A stretch of 64,000 nucleotides of DNA, taken from the NCBI RefSeq assembly GCF_036365525.1, contig NC_090399.1:67016862-67080861 (forward strand), in the 5' to 3' direction. The position numbers and the translations under genes were made by a program. Below the pieces are notes generated by a model, which saw only the letters and a list, made by a program, of their open reading frames with translations, had not been told where the DNA came from and did no database searches. Of the stretch, positions 26,401 to 38,400 are shown one piece after another. Positions within the stretch are counted from its first letter, which is position 1; each line of letters opens with the position of its first letter. The stretch comes from Heterodontus francisci. Lineage: Eukaryota.

Positions 26401-29400
26401 CCTCACATTTATCCACGTTATACTGCATCTGCCATGCATTTGCCCACTCACCCAACTTGTCCACATCACCCTGAAGCCTCTCTGCATCCTCCTCACAACT
26501 CACCCTCCTACCCAGTTTTGTGTCATCTGCAAATTTGGAGATATTACATTTAATTCCCTCATCTAAATCGTTAATATATATTGTGAATAGCTGGGGTCCT
26601 AGCACCCATCCCTGCGGTACCCCACTAGTCACTGCCTGCCATTCGGAAAAAGACCCATTTATCCCGACTCTTTGTTTCCTGTCCGCCAACCAATTTTCTA
26701 TCCATCGCAATACACTGCCCCCAATCACATTATCTTTAATTTTACAAGCTAATCTCTTATGTGGGACTTCGTCAAAAGCCTTCTGAAAGTCTAAATAAGC
26801 CACATCCACTGGCTTCCCCTCATCAACTCTATTAGTTACATCCTCGAAGAATTCTAGTAGATTTGTCAAGCACGATTTCCCTTTCGTAACCCCATGCTGA
26901 ATCTGTCCAGTTCTACCACTATTCTCCAAGTGCTCTGCGAAAATCTTTGATAATGGACTCCAGAATTTCCCCCACTACCAATGTCAGGCTAACTGGTCTA
27001 TAATTCCCTGCTTTCTCTCTACATGTAGGCCAGACCAGGTAAGGACAGCAGATTTCCTTCCCGAAAGGACATTAGTGAACCAGATGGGTTTTTACAACAA
27101 TTGACAATAGTTTCCTGGCCATCATTAGACTAGCTTTTTAATTCCAGATTTATTAATTGAATTCAAATTCCACCATCTGCTGTGGTGGGATTTGAACCCA
27201 TGTCCCCAGAGCAATACCCTGGGTCTCTGGGTTACTAGTCCAGTGACAATACCCCTAAGCCACCACCGCCCCTGTGAGCAGTTGTGGGGTGGGGGGGGGG
27301 GTGGTGAGATCTAAGAGTTGGTTAGTGGTGGGGGGGTGGCGGGGAACTGAGAGTGGGTGAGTGAGTGTGGGGGGGTAGTGAGTGTGGGTGAGTAAGGGGA
27401 CCGAGAGTGGGCGAGTCTGTTTCTCTGGATTACTGTACTAACTCCTCTCTCTCTGTCTCAGTTTCTCCCTCCGTGTCCTTTACCCGTCGCGGTGATAGTA
27501 ACCGACTGTCCTGTGTCACCACTGGGTTTTACCCTCAAGCCATCGAGGTGACTCTGCGCAGAGATGGGGTTTCCCTCAACGAGACTCACTCCGACGGGAT
27601 CCTGCCCAATCACGATGGCACCTACCAGATCCACAAATGGACTGATATTGATCCTGCGGACCAGGCCAAGTTCTCCTGTGAGGTGGATCACAGCGGGCTG
27701 AAGGAGAAGATGGTGGCGTTTTATGGTAAGTCTTTCTCCCACAGTGAGAGGATCCAGTCTCACTACAGGAGGGAGGGAGGGTCAGTGCTGAGCTGTGTGA
27801 GGATCCAGTCTCACTACAGGAGGGAGGGTCAGTGCTGAGCTGCGTGAGGATCCAGTCTCACTACAGGAGGGAGGGTCCGTGCTGAGCTGTGTGAGGATCC
27901 AGTCTCACTACAGGAGGGAGGGTCAGTGCTGAGCTGTGTGAGGATCCAGTCTCAATACAGGAGGGAGGGAGGGTCAGTGCTGAGCTGTGTGAGGATCCAG
28001 TCTCACTCCAGGAGGGAGGGAGGGTCAGTGCTGAGCTGTGTGAGGATCCAGTCTCACTACAGGAGGGAGGGTCAGTGCTGAGCTGTGTGAGGATCCAGTC
28101 TCACTGCAGATGGGAGGGTCAGTGCTGAGCTGTGTGAGGATCCAGTCTCACCACTGGAGGGAGGGTCAGTGCTGAGCTGTGTGAGGATCTAGTCTCACTA
28201 CAGGAGGGAGGGTCAGTGCTGAGCTGTGTGAGGATCCAGTCTCACTACAGGAGGGAGGGTCAGTGCTGAGCTGTGTGAGGATCCAGTCTCACTACAGGAG
28301 GGAGGGAGGGTCAGTGCTGAGCTGTGTGAGGATCCAGTCTCACTCCAGGAGGGAGGGAGGGTCAGTGTGTCCTGGGATATTACAGCGCGGTGGGGCTCTG
28401 TGTGTCCTCGCTCTCTCTCTCTGCCTGTGTCTGTTCCCTGATGTCTAATTCACGCTCTCTCTCTGGTTCTATTTATCAGAACGGAAGTCTGTCTCCCTGC
28501 TCCCTATTATTGTCGGTGTTCTGGTTGTTGCTGTTCTGCTGATCATCGCTGTCATCGTGGGTGTCGTCATCCACAAAAAGAAAGGTAGGAATTGGAGAGA
28601 AAATGGGCAGATGCTCACTGGGGCCGTGCGGGCTCTGGGTGATGTAAGTGGTGCCGGGGGGTGGGGGGATAGCGTCTGGGGCCCAGGGTGGGGGTGGGAT
28701 TGCTTGTGGGTGGGGAATGGTGACACGGGGTGGAGTGGGGGAGTGTTTGGTGGCCCAGGGTGGGGGTGGGATTGCTGGTGGGTGAGGAATGGTGACCCGG
28801 GATGGAGTGGGGGGTATTTTCGGGCCCAGGGTGGGGGTGGGATTGCTGGTGGGTGGGGAATGGTGACTCGGGGTGGAGTGGGGGAGTGTTTGGGGGCCCA
28901 GGGTGGGGGTGGGATTGCTGGTGGGTGGGGATTGGTGACTCGGGGTGGAGTGGTGGAGAGTTTGGGGGCACAGGGTGGGGGTGGGATTGCTGGTGGGTGG
29001 GGAATGGTGACCCGGGGTGGAGTGGGTGAGTGTTTGGGGGCCCAGGGTGGGGGTGGGATTGCTGGTGGGTGGGGAATGGTGACTCGGGGTGGAGTGGGGG
29101 AGTGTTTGGGAGCCCAGGGTAGGGGTGGGATTGCTGGTGGGTAGGGAATGGTGACCCGGGGTGGAGTGAGGGAGTGTTTGGGGGCCCAGGGTGGAGGTAG
29201 GATTGCCGCTGGATGGTGAATGGTGACCCGGGGTGGAGTGGGGGAGTGTTTGGGAGCCCAGGGTGGGCGTGGGATTGCTGGTGGGTGGGGAATTGTGACT
29301 CTGGGTGGAGTGGGGGAGTGTTTGGGGGCCCAGGGTGGGGGTGGGATTGCTGGTGGGTGGGGAATGGTGACCCGGGATGGAGTGGAGGAGTGTTTGGGGG

Positions 29401-32400
29401 CCCAGGGTGGGGGTAGGATTGCCGGTGGATGGGGAATGGTGACCCGGGGTGGAGTGGTGGAGTGTTTGGGGGCCCAGGGTGAGCGTGGGATTGCTGGTGG
29501 TTGGGGAATGGTGACTCGGGGTGGAGTGGGGGAGTGTTTGGGGGCCCAGGGTGGGGGTGGGATTGCTGGTGGGTGGGGAATGGTGACTCGGGGTGGAGTG
29601 GGTGAGTGTATGGGGGCCCAGGGTGGGGGTGGGATTGCTGGTGGGTGGGGAATGGTGACTCGGGGTGGAGTGGGGGAGTGTTTGGGGGCTCAGGGTGGGG
29701 GTGGGATTCCTGGTGGGTGGGGAATGGTGACCTGGGGTGGATGGGGGTTGGCTCCGGGTCTGAAGATGGGGAACAAGGAAATGTCGACACTTGGTCCAGT
29801 GAGCAGGGGAGAGGATGTGCTTTTGGAACCACAAATAAAGGCAAAACTAAACGATGTGAAGTAATTAAACCAGGAGAGGGAGAGAAATGGGAAATGTGTG
29901 AGTAAAATATTCGAACAGAATGACAGTGTTAGTGTTTGTGTCCCAAGTCAGCATTATTTATATGAACACATAGAGTATACGGAACAAGTTCCATGAATTG
30001 CAGACTTGAATTCAACTTGGAGGGTATGACAAGGCAGCCATTAAGGAGACATGGATGGAAGATGGGGAGGAGTGGGAATGAAATATACCAGGTTATCCGG
30101 TCCACAGGAAAGATCGGAAAAATGGTGAAGGAGGAACAGTTACCTTAGTGATGAAAGATGAAATCACTTCAGTGGGAAGAGAGGATATAACCAGAGTTCA
30201 GCAGGCAGTGGAGAACTTATGGGTCGTATTAAGAAATTGAGAAGTATTTAAGACTAGCGGGTGTGCTGTATAGACCCCCGGGTAGTAGCTGTGAAGCTGT
30301 AACTTGTATAAAGTCTAGATAAGCAAGTAGTCAAACCGGAATGGTTTTAATAAGGGATTTTAACTTTCATTATAGACTGGGATAAGCAGACTACCACACA
30401 TCAGAAAGGTAGTGAATTTCTAGAGTGTGTCCAGGATAGTTTTCAGAAACGTCCTAGAACCAACAAGGAGACATGCTCTATTAGATTAATAATGAGTAAT
30501 GAGACTGATTTAATTAACACCCTAACAGTGGAAGAATATTGATCAAATAGTGATCATAATATGATTGAGTTCTCATAGTGTTGAAATGGAGAAACATGAA
30601 ACAGCCACTCAGATTCTAGAATTAGGTAATGCTGATTTTAACAGGATAAGACACAGATTGTCCAGAGTAAACTGGACAAATCTATTAATGAGTAAAACAG
30701 AAGATCAGTGGGAGGTGTTCAAAAGAGAATTTAAAGTGATACAGAAGCAGTTTATATCACTAAAGGGCAAGTGTTCTACCTGCCAAAAAAGACAGCTATG
30801 GGCAATTAAAAAGGTAAGAGATAACAAACTGTAAAAAACATACAGAAATGTAAAAAATAGCACAGATCCTGGTGAATGAGGAAGGTGCAAAGAACAGCAA
30901 AGGATGACACAGCAGATAGTAAGGGTTACAAGAAGAAGTACGAAAAGAAACTTGCAAGGGTTATCAAAATCAACACAAAGAACTTAGTTACATTCGGAAA
31001 AAGAGGGTCAGAAGCAAAGCAGTCCCTTTGAAAACTGATGATGGTGATGTTGTCAATGAGAAGGAAATGGTGGACATGTTGAATAATTAATTTGTGTCAA
31101 TATTTACAGTGGAGGATGAAAAAAGAATGACAGACTGCCCAAGGAAACTATTATTGGATCAGAGACAGGAACTTAATAAAATTAACGTAAGTAATGTAAC
31201 AGTAATGGAGAAATTAATGACACTAAAAAGTGATAAATCCCCAGGATCAGATGGTTCCATCCCAGAGTTTTAAAGGAAGGAGGTGAGAACAGTGCAGATC
31301 CCTAACTATAATCTTCTGAAGTTTGCTTGATTCAGGAACTGTTCCTTAAGATTGGAAAATTGTGCCTGTCAGTCTGCTATTGAAGGAAGGTGGAAATTAT
31401 AGACCAGTTAGCCTCACATCTGTTATCAGAAAATTACTAGAGTCGATAATTTAATTGGAGAATTCAGCACCTTGAACATTGTCAGCTGATCATAGAAAAC
31501 CAGCATGGATTTGATATTGAATTGTTTGAAGAGGTGACTAAAGGAATAGGGGAATGTCTATGGATGTTATTTATATGGTCTTCCAGAAGGCATTTGATAA
31601 AGTTCCTCAAAAGAGACTGTTTAGCTAAAGGTGAAGCTCAGGGAATTGAAGATAAATTATTGACCTGTTAGGAAGTTAGCTGAGTGACAGGAGACGGAGA
31701 GTAGGGATAATGGACAGGTAGTGTAATTGTCAGGATGTGATTAGTCATGTCCCACAAAGATCTGTGTTGAGGCCTCAACTATTCACTGTGTTTATTAACA
31801 AACAATGAGATAGAAAACCACAAATCCAGATTTGTAGACGACACAAAAATAGACAGTATTGTAGGCAGTGTAGATGGAAGCATAAAATTACAAAGAGATT
31901 AATTGAAGAGATAAAATTGATAGATTAAGTGAATGGGCAAAACTATGGCAAATGGATTTCAATGTAGGCAAATGTGACATCATCCACTTTGGACCAATGA
32001 AAGGTAAACCAGAGTACTTTCTGAATGATGAAATACTAGAAACAGGGCGGTCCAGGTTCTAGGTACGTAGATCATTAAAATGTCATTTACCCCAGGTACC
32101 TTCCCCCAAATAGTGTGGAATTTTGCCTTACTCTTGATAACAATGGCACTTAACAAGGAGACAAAGTATTTGTTCCCACAAACTACTTAATATCCGTATA
32201 GTTTGGGTAGAAGGTAAATACTCACTATACTGCTAGTTGGTAACCTCGCGTGTAAGAGTCCGTCCTCCAGTAGTCGGTCCGCTGAACGAGTTCTCTTCAC
32301 ATCTGTAGTGACTGACTAGGTCACTCTTCCCAACTGCAGCAACAATGTCCTTGAGGGCTGTGGCTTTCTCCCCCTTTCTGACCCTGGTCCTGTGATATCA

Positions 32401-35400
32401 TGAGTAATGTCTCAAATTGGGTCATCCGATTGTGTTTCAGTGCCTTATCAATCCCACCATGGCTTTGCAAGACCACCTACATGTGGTCATATCCTGCTCT
32501 CAGCAGGTGGGAGGGGGTGGGTTTGGGTCCATACCAGCAATGATGTGATATGTACATCTTAATAAGGCAGGAGGAAATCATTCACACATAGTCTGAGAGG
32601 TCATTGTCTGAGAACTGTTGTAGACAATGTTTGATGTTGTAATAGTCTGAGACTACCACCTTAATGACATGTCCTGACTCGGGTGTGTGTGGGGGTTTTG
32701 TGTGTGTCCTTGTTCAGTTAAACTGTCTTTATTTTTAACAAATCCAATATAAGCCCCAATGATGAGGTCTTTGGCTGGAATTCCTCTTCTCCCTATGTCC
32801 CGATGTCCTCCGCACTCCATGTTTTTACCAGCCTTTGTCAAACTCTGCACATGAAAGCACATTAAATCACCAAGTCCCAGTTTATATCTGTAACAAGATA
32901 TTGTTACAATTTGTCAGAACAGTTAAAACAAACTGAAATTCAGCAAAAACTGTTACAATCAGATAGCTGAATAAAAACATGGCATAAAAATACATTCCCC
33001 TCGCAGCACGTACAGAACATAATCTAAAAGACTAATGAAATGCTGACCTTTATATCTAGAGGTCTAGGATATAAGGGAGTAGAAGTCAAACCTCAGCGAT
33101 ACAAAGCCCTGGTTAGCCTGGAGTTACTGTGAACAGTTCTGGATACCAGGATGAATATATTGGTCTTGGAGGGAGTGCAGCACGGATTTACCAGAATGAT
33201 GAAATGAGAACAGAAAGTGCCGGAAATACTCAGCAGGTGTGGCAGCATCTGTGGAGAGAGAAACACAGTTAACTTTTTAAGTCTGTGACCCTTCATCAGA
33301 ACTGTCAAAGGTTAGAAATGTAACAGTCTTTGAGCAAGTGGAGGGGGGGGCGGGAAGGGGGTGAAGTAGAACAAGAAGGACAGACTGTGATCGGACGGAG
33401 GGGGAGATGTTAAATGAGAGATGTCATGGAATGTAATGTAACTGGAGTGCTAAATAGTTACAGCAAAAGACAAAGCACAGTCCAGAGAGAGTGTTAAAGG
33501 CAGAATAATGAACAGGTCTGTACGAAAACAAAAACATGAAAAATAAGTTTAGGGCTAACACATGGTTAAAAAAATAAATAAAACTGAACAGGAATCTATA
33601 TATTAAAAAAAATAAAAAAATAAATACACAAAAAATAATGGGGCTCATTGTCTGAAGTTATTGATCTTAATATTGAGTCCAGAAGGATGTAGAGTGCTTG
33701 AAGTCTTGCTTCAATTGTATAGAACGTTAGTTAGACCACACCTGGAGTAAAGCCCTGCTTAGGTTGGGAAAAACAACCTGACCTAAACCTGACCGATCCA
33801 CAGCGGGCCCAACTCGGCCCGAGTCCCTCCAATTTCACCCCGAGCTCGACCCGACCCGACCCGACCCGACCCGACCATCTCTTTACTTACCTTCCGTCTG
33901 GGAAGCTCCATGAAGCTGCAGCGCATGTGTGATGACGTCATAGTGATGTCACTCGCCCACTGCGCAGACTCCGTTTCGTCCCAGACTCCCGGCTCAGGTA
34001 AGTTTTTATTTTTAATACTTACCGGCGGAGCACCAGCCGTGAGTGTCCGGCCCGACCCGACCTGGATTCGGCCCGACAGCCGGATCCGGAAGAGGGGCCG
34101 ACCCGACCCGAACGCAACACATGTCGTCGGGTTAGGGTCGGGTTGCAGGCCTTTAACCTGGAGTACGGTGTGCAGTTTTAGTCCCCTTACCTTAGGAAGG
34201 ATATTATTGCCATCGAGGGAGTGCAACGAAGGTTCACCGGACTTGTTCCCGGGATGGTGGGACTGTCCTGTGAAGAGAGATTGGGGAAACTGGGCCTGTA
34301 TTTTCTAGAGTTTCGAAGAATGAGAGGTGATCTCATTGAAACCTCCAAAATACTTAAAGGGACAGACAGGATAGATGCAGGTAAGATGTTTCCCCTGGTT
34401 GGGGAGTCTAGAACCAGGGGACACAATTTCAAAATAAGGGGGAAGCCACTTAGGACAGAGATGAGGAGAAATTTCTTTACTCAGAGGGTTGTGAATCTTT
34501 GGAATTCTCTACCCCAGAGGGCTGTGGAAGCTCAGTCATTGAGTATGTTTAAAGTAGAGATTGACCAGATTTCTAAAAACAAATGACTTGGGGGTTATGA
34601 GGATAGTGTGGGAAAAAGGCATTGAAGTGGATGATCAGCCATTATCATATTGAATGGCGGAGCAGGCTTGATGGGCTGAATGGCCTACTCCTCTGTTCCT
34701 AGTTGGAAAATAAGGTGCTGTTCCTCGAGCTTGCGTTGATATTCACTGGAACACTGCAGCAGACCACGGACAGAAATATGGGCATGCGAGCAGGGTGGAG
34801 TTTTAAAATTACAAGCAACTGGAATCTTGGGATCATCGAATCATAGAAATTTTAAGGCACAGAAAGAGGCCACTTGGCCCACTGTGTCTGTGCTGGCCAA
34901 AAAACGATCCACCTATTCTAATCCCACCTTCCAGCATTTGGTCCGTAGCCCTGCAGATTACGGCACTTGAGGTGTATATCCAGACTCATTTTAAATGAGT
35001 TGAGGGTTTCTGCCTCAACTACCCTTTCAGGCAGTGAGTTCCAGACCCCCAGCACCCTCTGGGTGAAAACGGTTTTCCTCATCTCCCCTCTAATTTTTCT
35101 ACCAATCATTTTAAATCTATGCCCCCTAGTCACTGACCTCTCTGCGAAGGTGAATAGACCCTTCACCTCCACTCTATCCAGGCTCCTCAAACTTTTATAC
35201 ATTTCAATCAGATCTCCCCTCAGCTTTCTCTGTTCCAACGAGAACAACCCCAGCCTATCCAATCTTTCCTCATAGCTGCCTTTTTCCAGTCCTCGCAACA
35301 TCCTCGTAAATCTCCTCTGCATCCTCGCTAATGCAATTACATCCTTTCTGTACTGAGGTGACCAGAACTGCACACAGTACTCAAGTTGTGGCCTAACCAA

Positions 35401-38400
35401 TAATTTATACAATTCCAACATAACCTCCTTGCTCTTATATTCTGTACCTCGGCTAATAAAGGAAAGGATTCCATATGCCTTCTTAACCACCATATTGACC
35501 TGTCCTGCTACCTTCAGGGATCTGTGGACATTCACTCCAAGGTCCCTCACTTCCTCTACACTTCTCAGTATTTTCCCATTAATCGTGTATTCCTTTGTCT
35601 GACACTCCCACCTCACACTTCTCCAAGTTGAATTCCATTTGTCACTTTTCTGCCCACCTGACCAGACCATCAATATCTTCCTGCAGCTGACAGCTATCCT
35701 CCTCACTATCTACCACATGGCCAATCTTTGTGTCGTCCGCAAACTTATCGATCATGCCCGCTACATTTACGTCCAAATCGTTAAAAGACATCACAAAAAG
35801 CAGGGGACCCTGTACTGAGCCCTGCGGAATGCCACTGGAAACAGCCCTCCAGTCATTAAAACTATCATCAACAATTACCCTTTGTTTCCTGCCACTGAAC
35901 CAATTTTGTATCCACCTTGCTGCATTTCCCTGGATCCCCATGGGATTTTATTCTGTCATGCTTGTGGACCAAGCAGAGGTGTTCTGCAAAGCGGTTGCCC
36001 AGCCTGCGTTTGGTCTCCCCTAGTGTAGAGGAGACCGCATAGTGAACAGCGAATACAGTATACTAAATGGAAAGAAGTACAAGTAAATCGCTGCTTCACC
36101 TGGATGGAGTGTTTGGGGCCTTGGATGGTGAGGAGAGAGGAGGTAAACGGGCAGGTATTACACCTCCTGCGATTGCATGGGAAGGAGATGAGGTTTTGGG
36201 GGTAATGGGAGAGTGAACCAGGGGGAACGATCCCTTCGGAATGCTGACTGGAGGGGAGGAGAAGATGTGTTTGGTGGCATTATGCTGGAGGTGGCGGAAA
36301 GGGCGGAGGATGATCCTCTGGATGTGGAGGCTGATGGGGTGGAAAGTGAGGACAGGGTGAACCCTGTCACGGTTCTGGGAGGGAGGGAAAGGGGTGAGGG
36401 TAGAGGTGTGGGAAATGGGCCGGACACAGTTGAGGGCCCTGTCAACCACATTGTGTGGGAATCCTCGGTTGAGGAAAAAGGAAGACGTATCAGAAGCGCT
36501 GTTGTGGATGGTTGCATCATCAGAGCAGATGCGTCGGAGATGGAGAAACTGGGAGAATGGAATGGAAACCTTACAGGAAGCAGGGTGTGAGGAAGTGTCG
36601 TCAAGGTATCCATGGGAGTCAATGGTCTTATAATAAATGCTAGTGGACAGCCTATCCCCAGAGGTGGAGACAGAGAAGTCGAGGAAGGGAAGGGAAGTGT
36701 CGGAGATGGACCACGTAAAGGTGAGAGATGGGTGGAAATTGGAAGTAAAGTTGATGAAGTTTTCCAGTTCGGGGTGAAAGCAGGAAGCGACACTGACAGT
36801 CATTGGGGGTGGGGGGCCTGAGCAGGACTGGAACAAGGAATGTTTGACATAATCCCACAAAAGACAGGTCTAACTAGTACAATGCAGGTTCCCATTGCAA
36901 CCCCTTTTATTTGAGTTGAGATGAGGGAGAAGTTGTTCATTGTGGGAACAAGTTCAGCCAGGTGGAGGAGGGTAGTGGTGGATGGGGACTGGTTGGGCCT
37001 CTGTTCAGGGAAGAAGCGGAGAGCCCTCAAGCCGTCCTGGTGGGGGATGGAGGTGTCGAGAGATTGGATGTCCATAGTGAAGGAGGCGGTTAGGGGCAGG
37101 AAACTGGAAATTGTCAAAATGACATAGGGCAGCAGAAGAGTCATGGATGTAGGTGGGAAGAGACTGGACAAGGGCAGAAAAAATAGAATCAAGATGAGAG
37201 GAAATAAGTTCAATGGGACAGGAACAGGCTAAAACGATGGGTCTACCAGGACAATTCTGTTTGTGGATTTTGAGAAGGAGATTGAAGCGGTCTGTTCAGG
37301 GTTTCAGGTCTATGAGGCTGGAAGCTGTAGAGGGAAGATCTCCCGAGGAGATGAGGTCATTGATAGTCCTGTGGACAGTAGCTTGATGTTTGGTGATGGT
37401 GTCATGGCCCGGGGGAGGTAGGAAGAAGTGTCTGTGATTTGGCACTCAGCCTCTGCAATGTAGAGGTCGGTCCACCAGACACCAACAGCACCAGCCTTGT
37501 CAGCAGGTTTGATAACAATATCAGGGTTAGAATTGTATTTCATTGAATTTTGCTCTTAATTTACCAGAATGATATTTGGACTCCAAGGCTTAAGCTATGA
37601 GGAGAGAATACACAAACTAGGATTGTATTCCATTGAATTTATTTCTGAGGGTTTATTTCCACTGTTTGGGGAGTGTAGGATTCGGAGAATTGTCGAGAAA
37701 TTAGAGCCAGACCTTTCAGCAGTGAAATTAGGTGATGCTTCTCACAAGGGTGATAGAAGTTTGGAATTCTCTTCCACAAACAGCAACAGTTAATTTTAAA
37801 ATTACGTAATAGTTTTTTTGTTAGCCAGAGGTATGAAGGGATATGAGGCAAAGGTGGGTCGATGGAATTAGATTGCAGATCAGTCATGAACTCATTGAAT
37901 GAGTAAATGGCCTACTCCTGTTCCTATGTACTTATCTTCCTATGAGTGGTGGTCCCAGGGGGAAGGTGACTGGGAATGATAAAGCTGTCACTATCTTCCG
38001 CCTCTCTCCTCTCTGACTGTCAGTCTCTGGTTACTAACTGAGAATTCCTTGTTTTACAGCAGGGGAGAAGACCGGCTATAATCAAGCGAAGAGTAAGTTT
38101 ACCTCAAACTACAACTGGATCTTCAAATAACTGTATGAAGAGCAGGAATTGCTGCTAATAGTGTCTGTACAGTGAACAGTTTATTGCTCTGTCTCCATCT
38201 GTGTGTGGTATCTTCCTCTCTGTGTGTATTCCCCTGCCCCCCACCTTGTCCAAATGTTGTGATCCTCCGTTCCAGCAGAAGGCTATTCCTGTAGAATCGT
38301 GCAGAAGTTCCCTCCCTGAGCTAGGCAGCACTGTGTCCACGTCCAGCCCGACCCAACCTGAGCCCGAATGCCAGACCCGACTCGACCCAAACCCGACACG

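Larger units (their letters stand above)
22810..27273 (-). mobile_element. CR1-group non-LTR retrotransposon with a tRNA-like 5' head, interrupted by two CR1 insertions
   Basis: 3' tail ...cccatgaatgaataaaaaaa at 22810. RT motifs GPDNIP, NYRPISLLS, QFGFRQG, GVPQGSVLGP (23102-24757). 5' segments at 25390-25612 and 27021-27273 rejoin across the insertion. B-box GGTTCAAATCC near 27188-27198 on the minus strand. Confidence 0.82.
33201..37558 (-). mobile_element. Penelope-like element (5'-truncated) with a 15-bp TSD ATTTACCAGAATGAT, itself carrying CR1 and hAT insertions
   Basis: TSD at 33186-33200 and 37559-37573. Minus-strand IKPADKAG, MDIQSLDTSIPHQDG, KGVAMGT. Pseudo-LTR at 33201-33700. Confidence 0.88.
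29950..37930 (+). mobile_element. Old degenerate CR1 LINE split into pieces (about 29950-32087, 33009-33200, 37559-37930) by later insertions
   Basis: Decayed APE/RT motifs (DFNF, SDHN, KSPGSDG, NYRPVSL, FQKAFDKV, FVDDTK) and a CR1 3' tail ggcctactcctgttcctatgt. The pieces are collinear. Confidence 0.75.

Noticed and set aside
27740-27746. CACAGTG RSS heptamer after exon 4 (also present in HE1 SINE heads)
   Set aside because: No ACAAAAACC-like nonamer at 12- or 23-bp spacing.
28476-29844. Minus-strand Pro/His/Thr-rich mucin-like ORFs (452 and 409 aa)
   Set aside because: Antisense translations of the 72-bp minisatellite.
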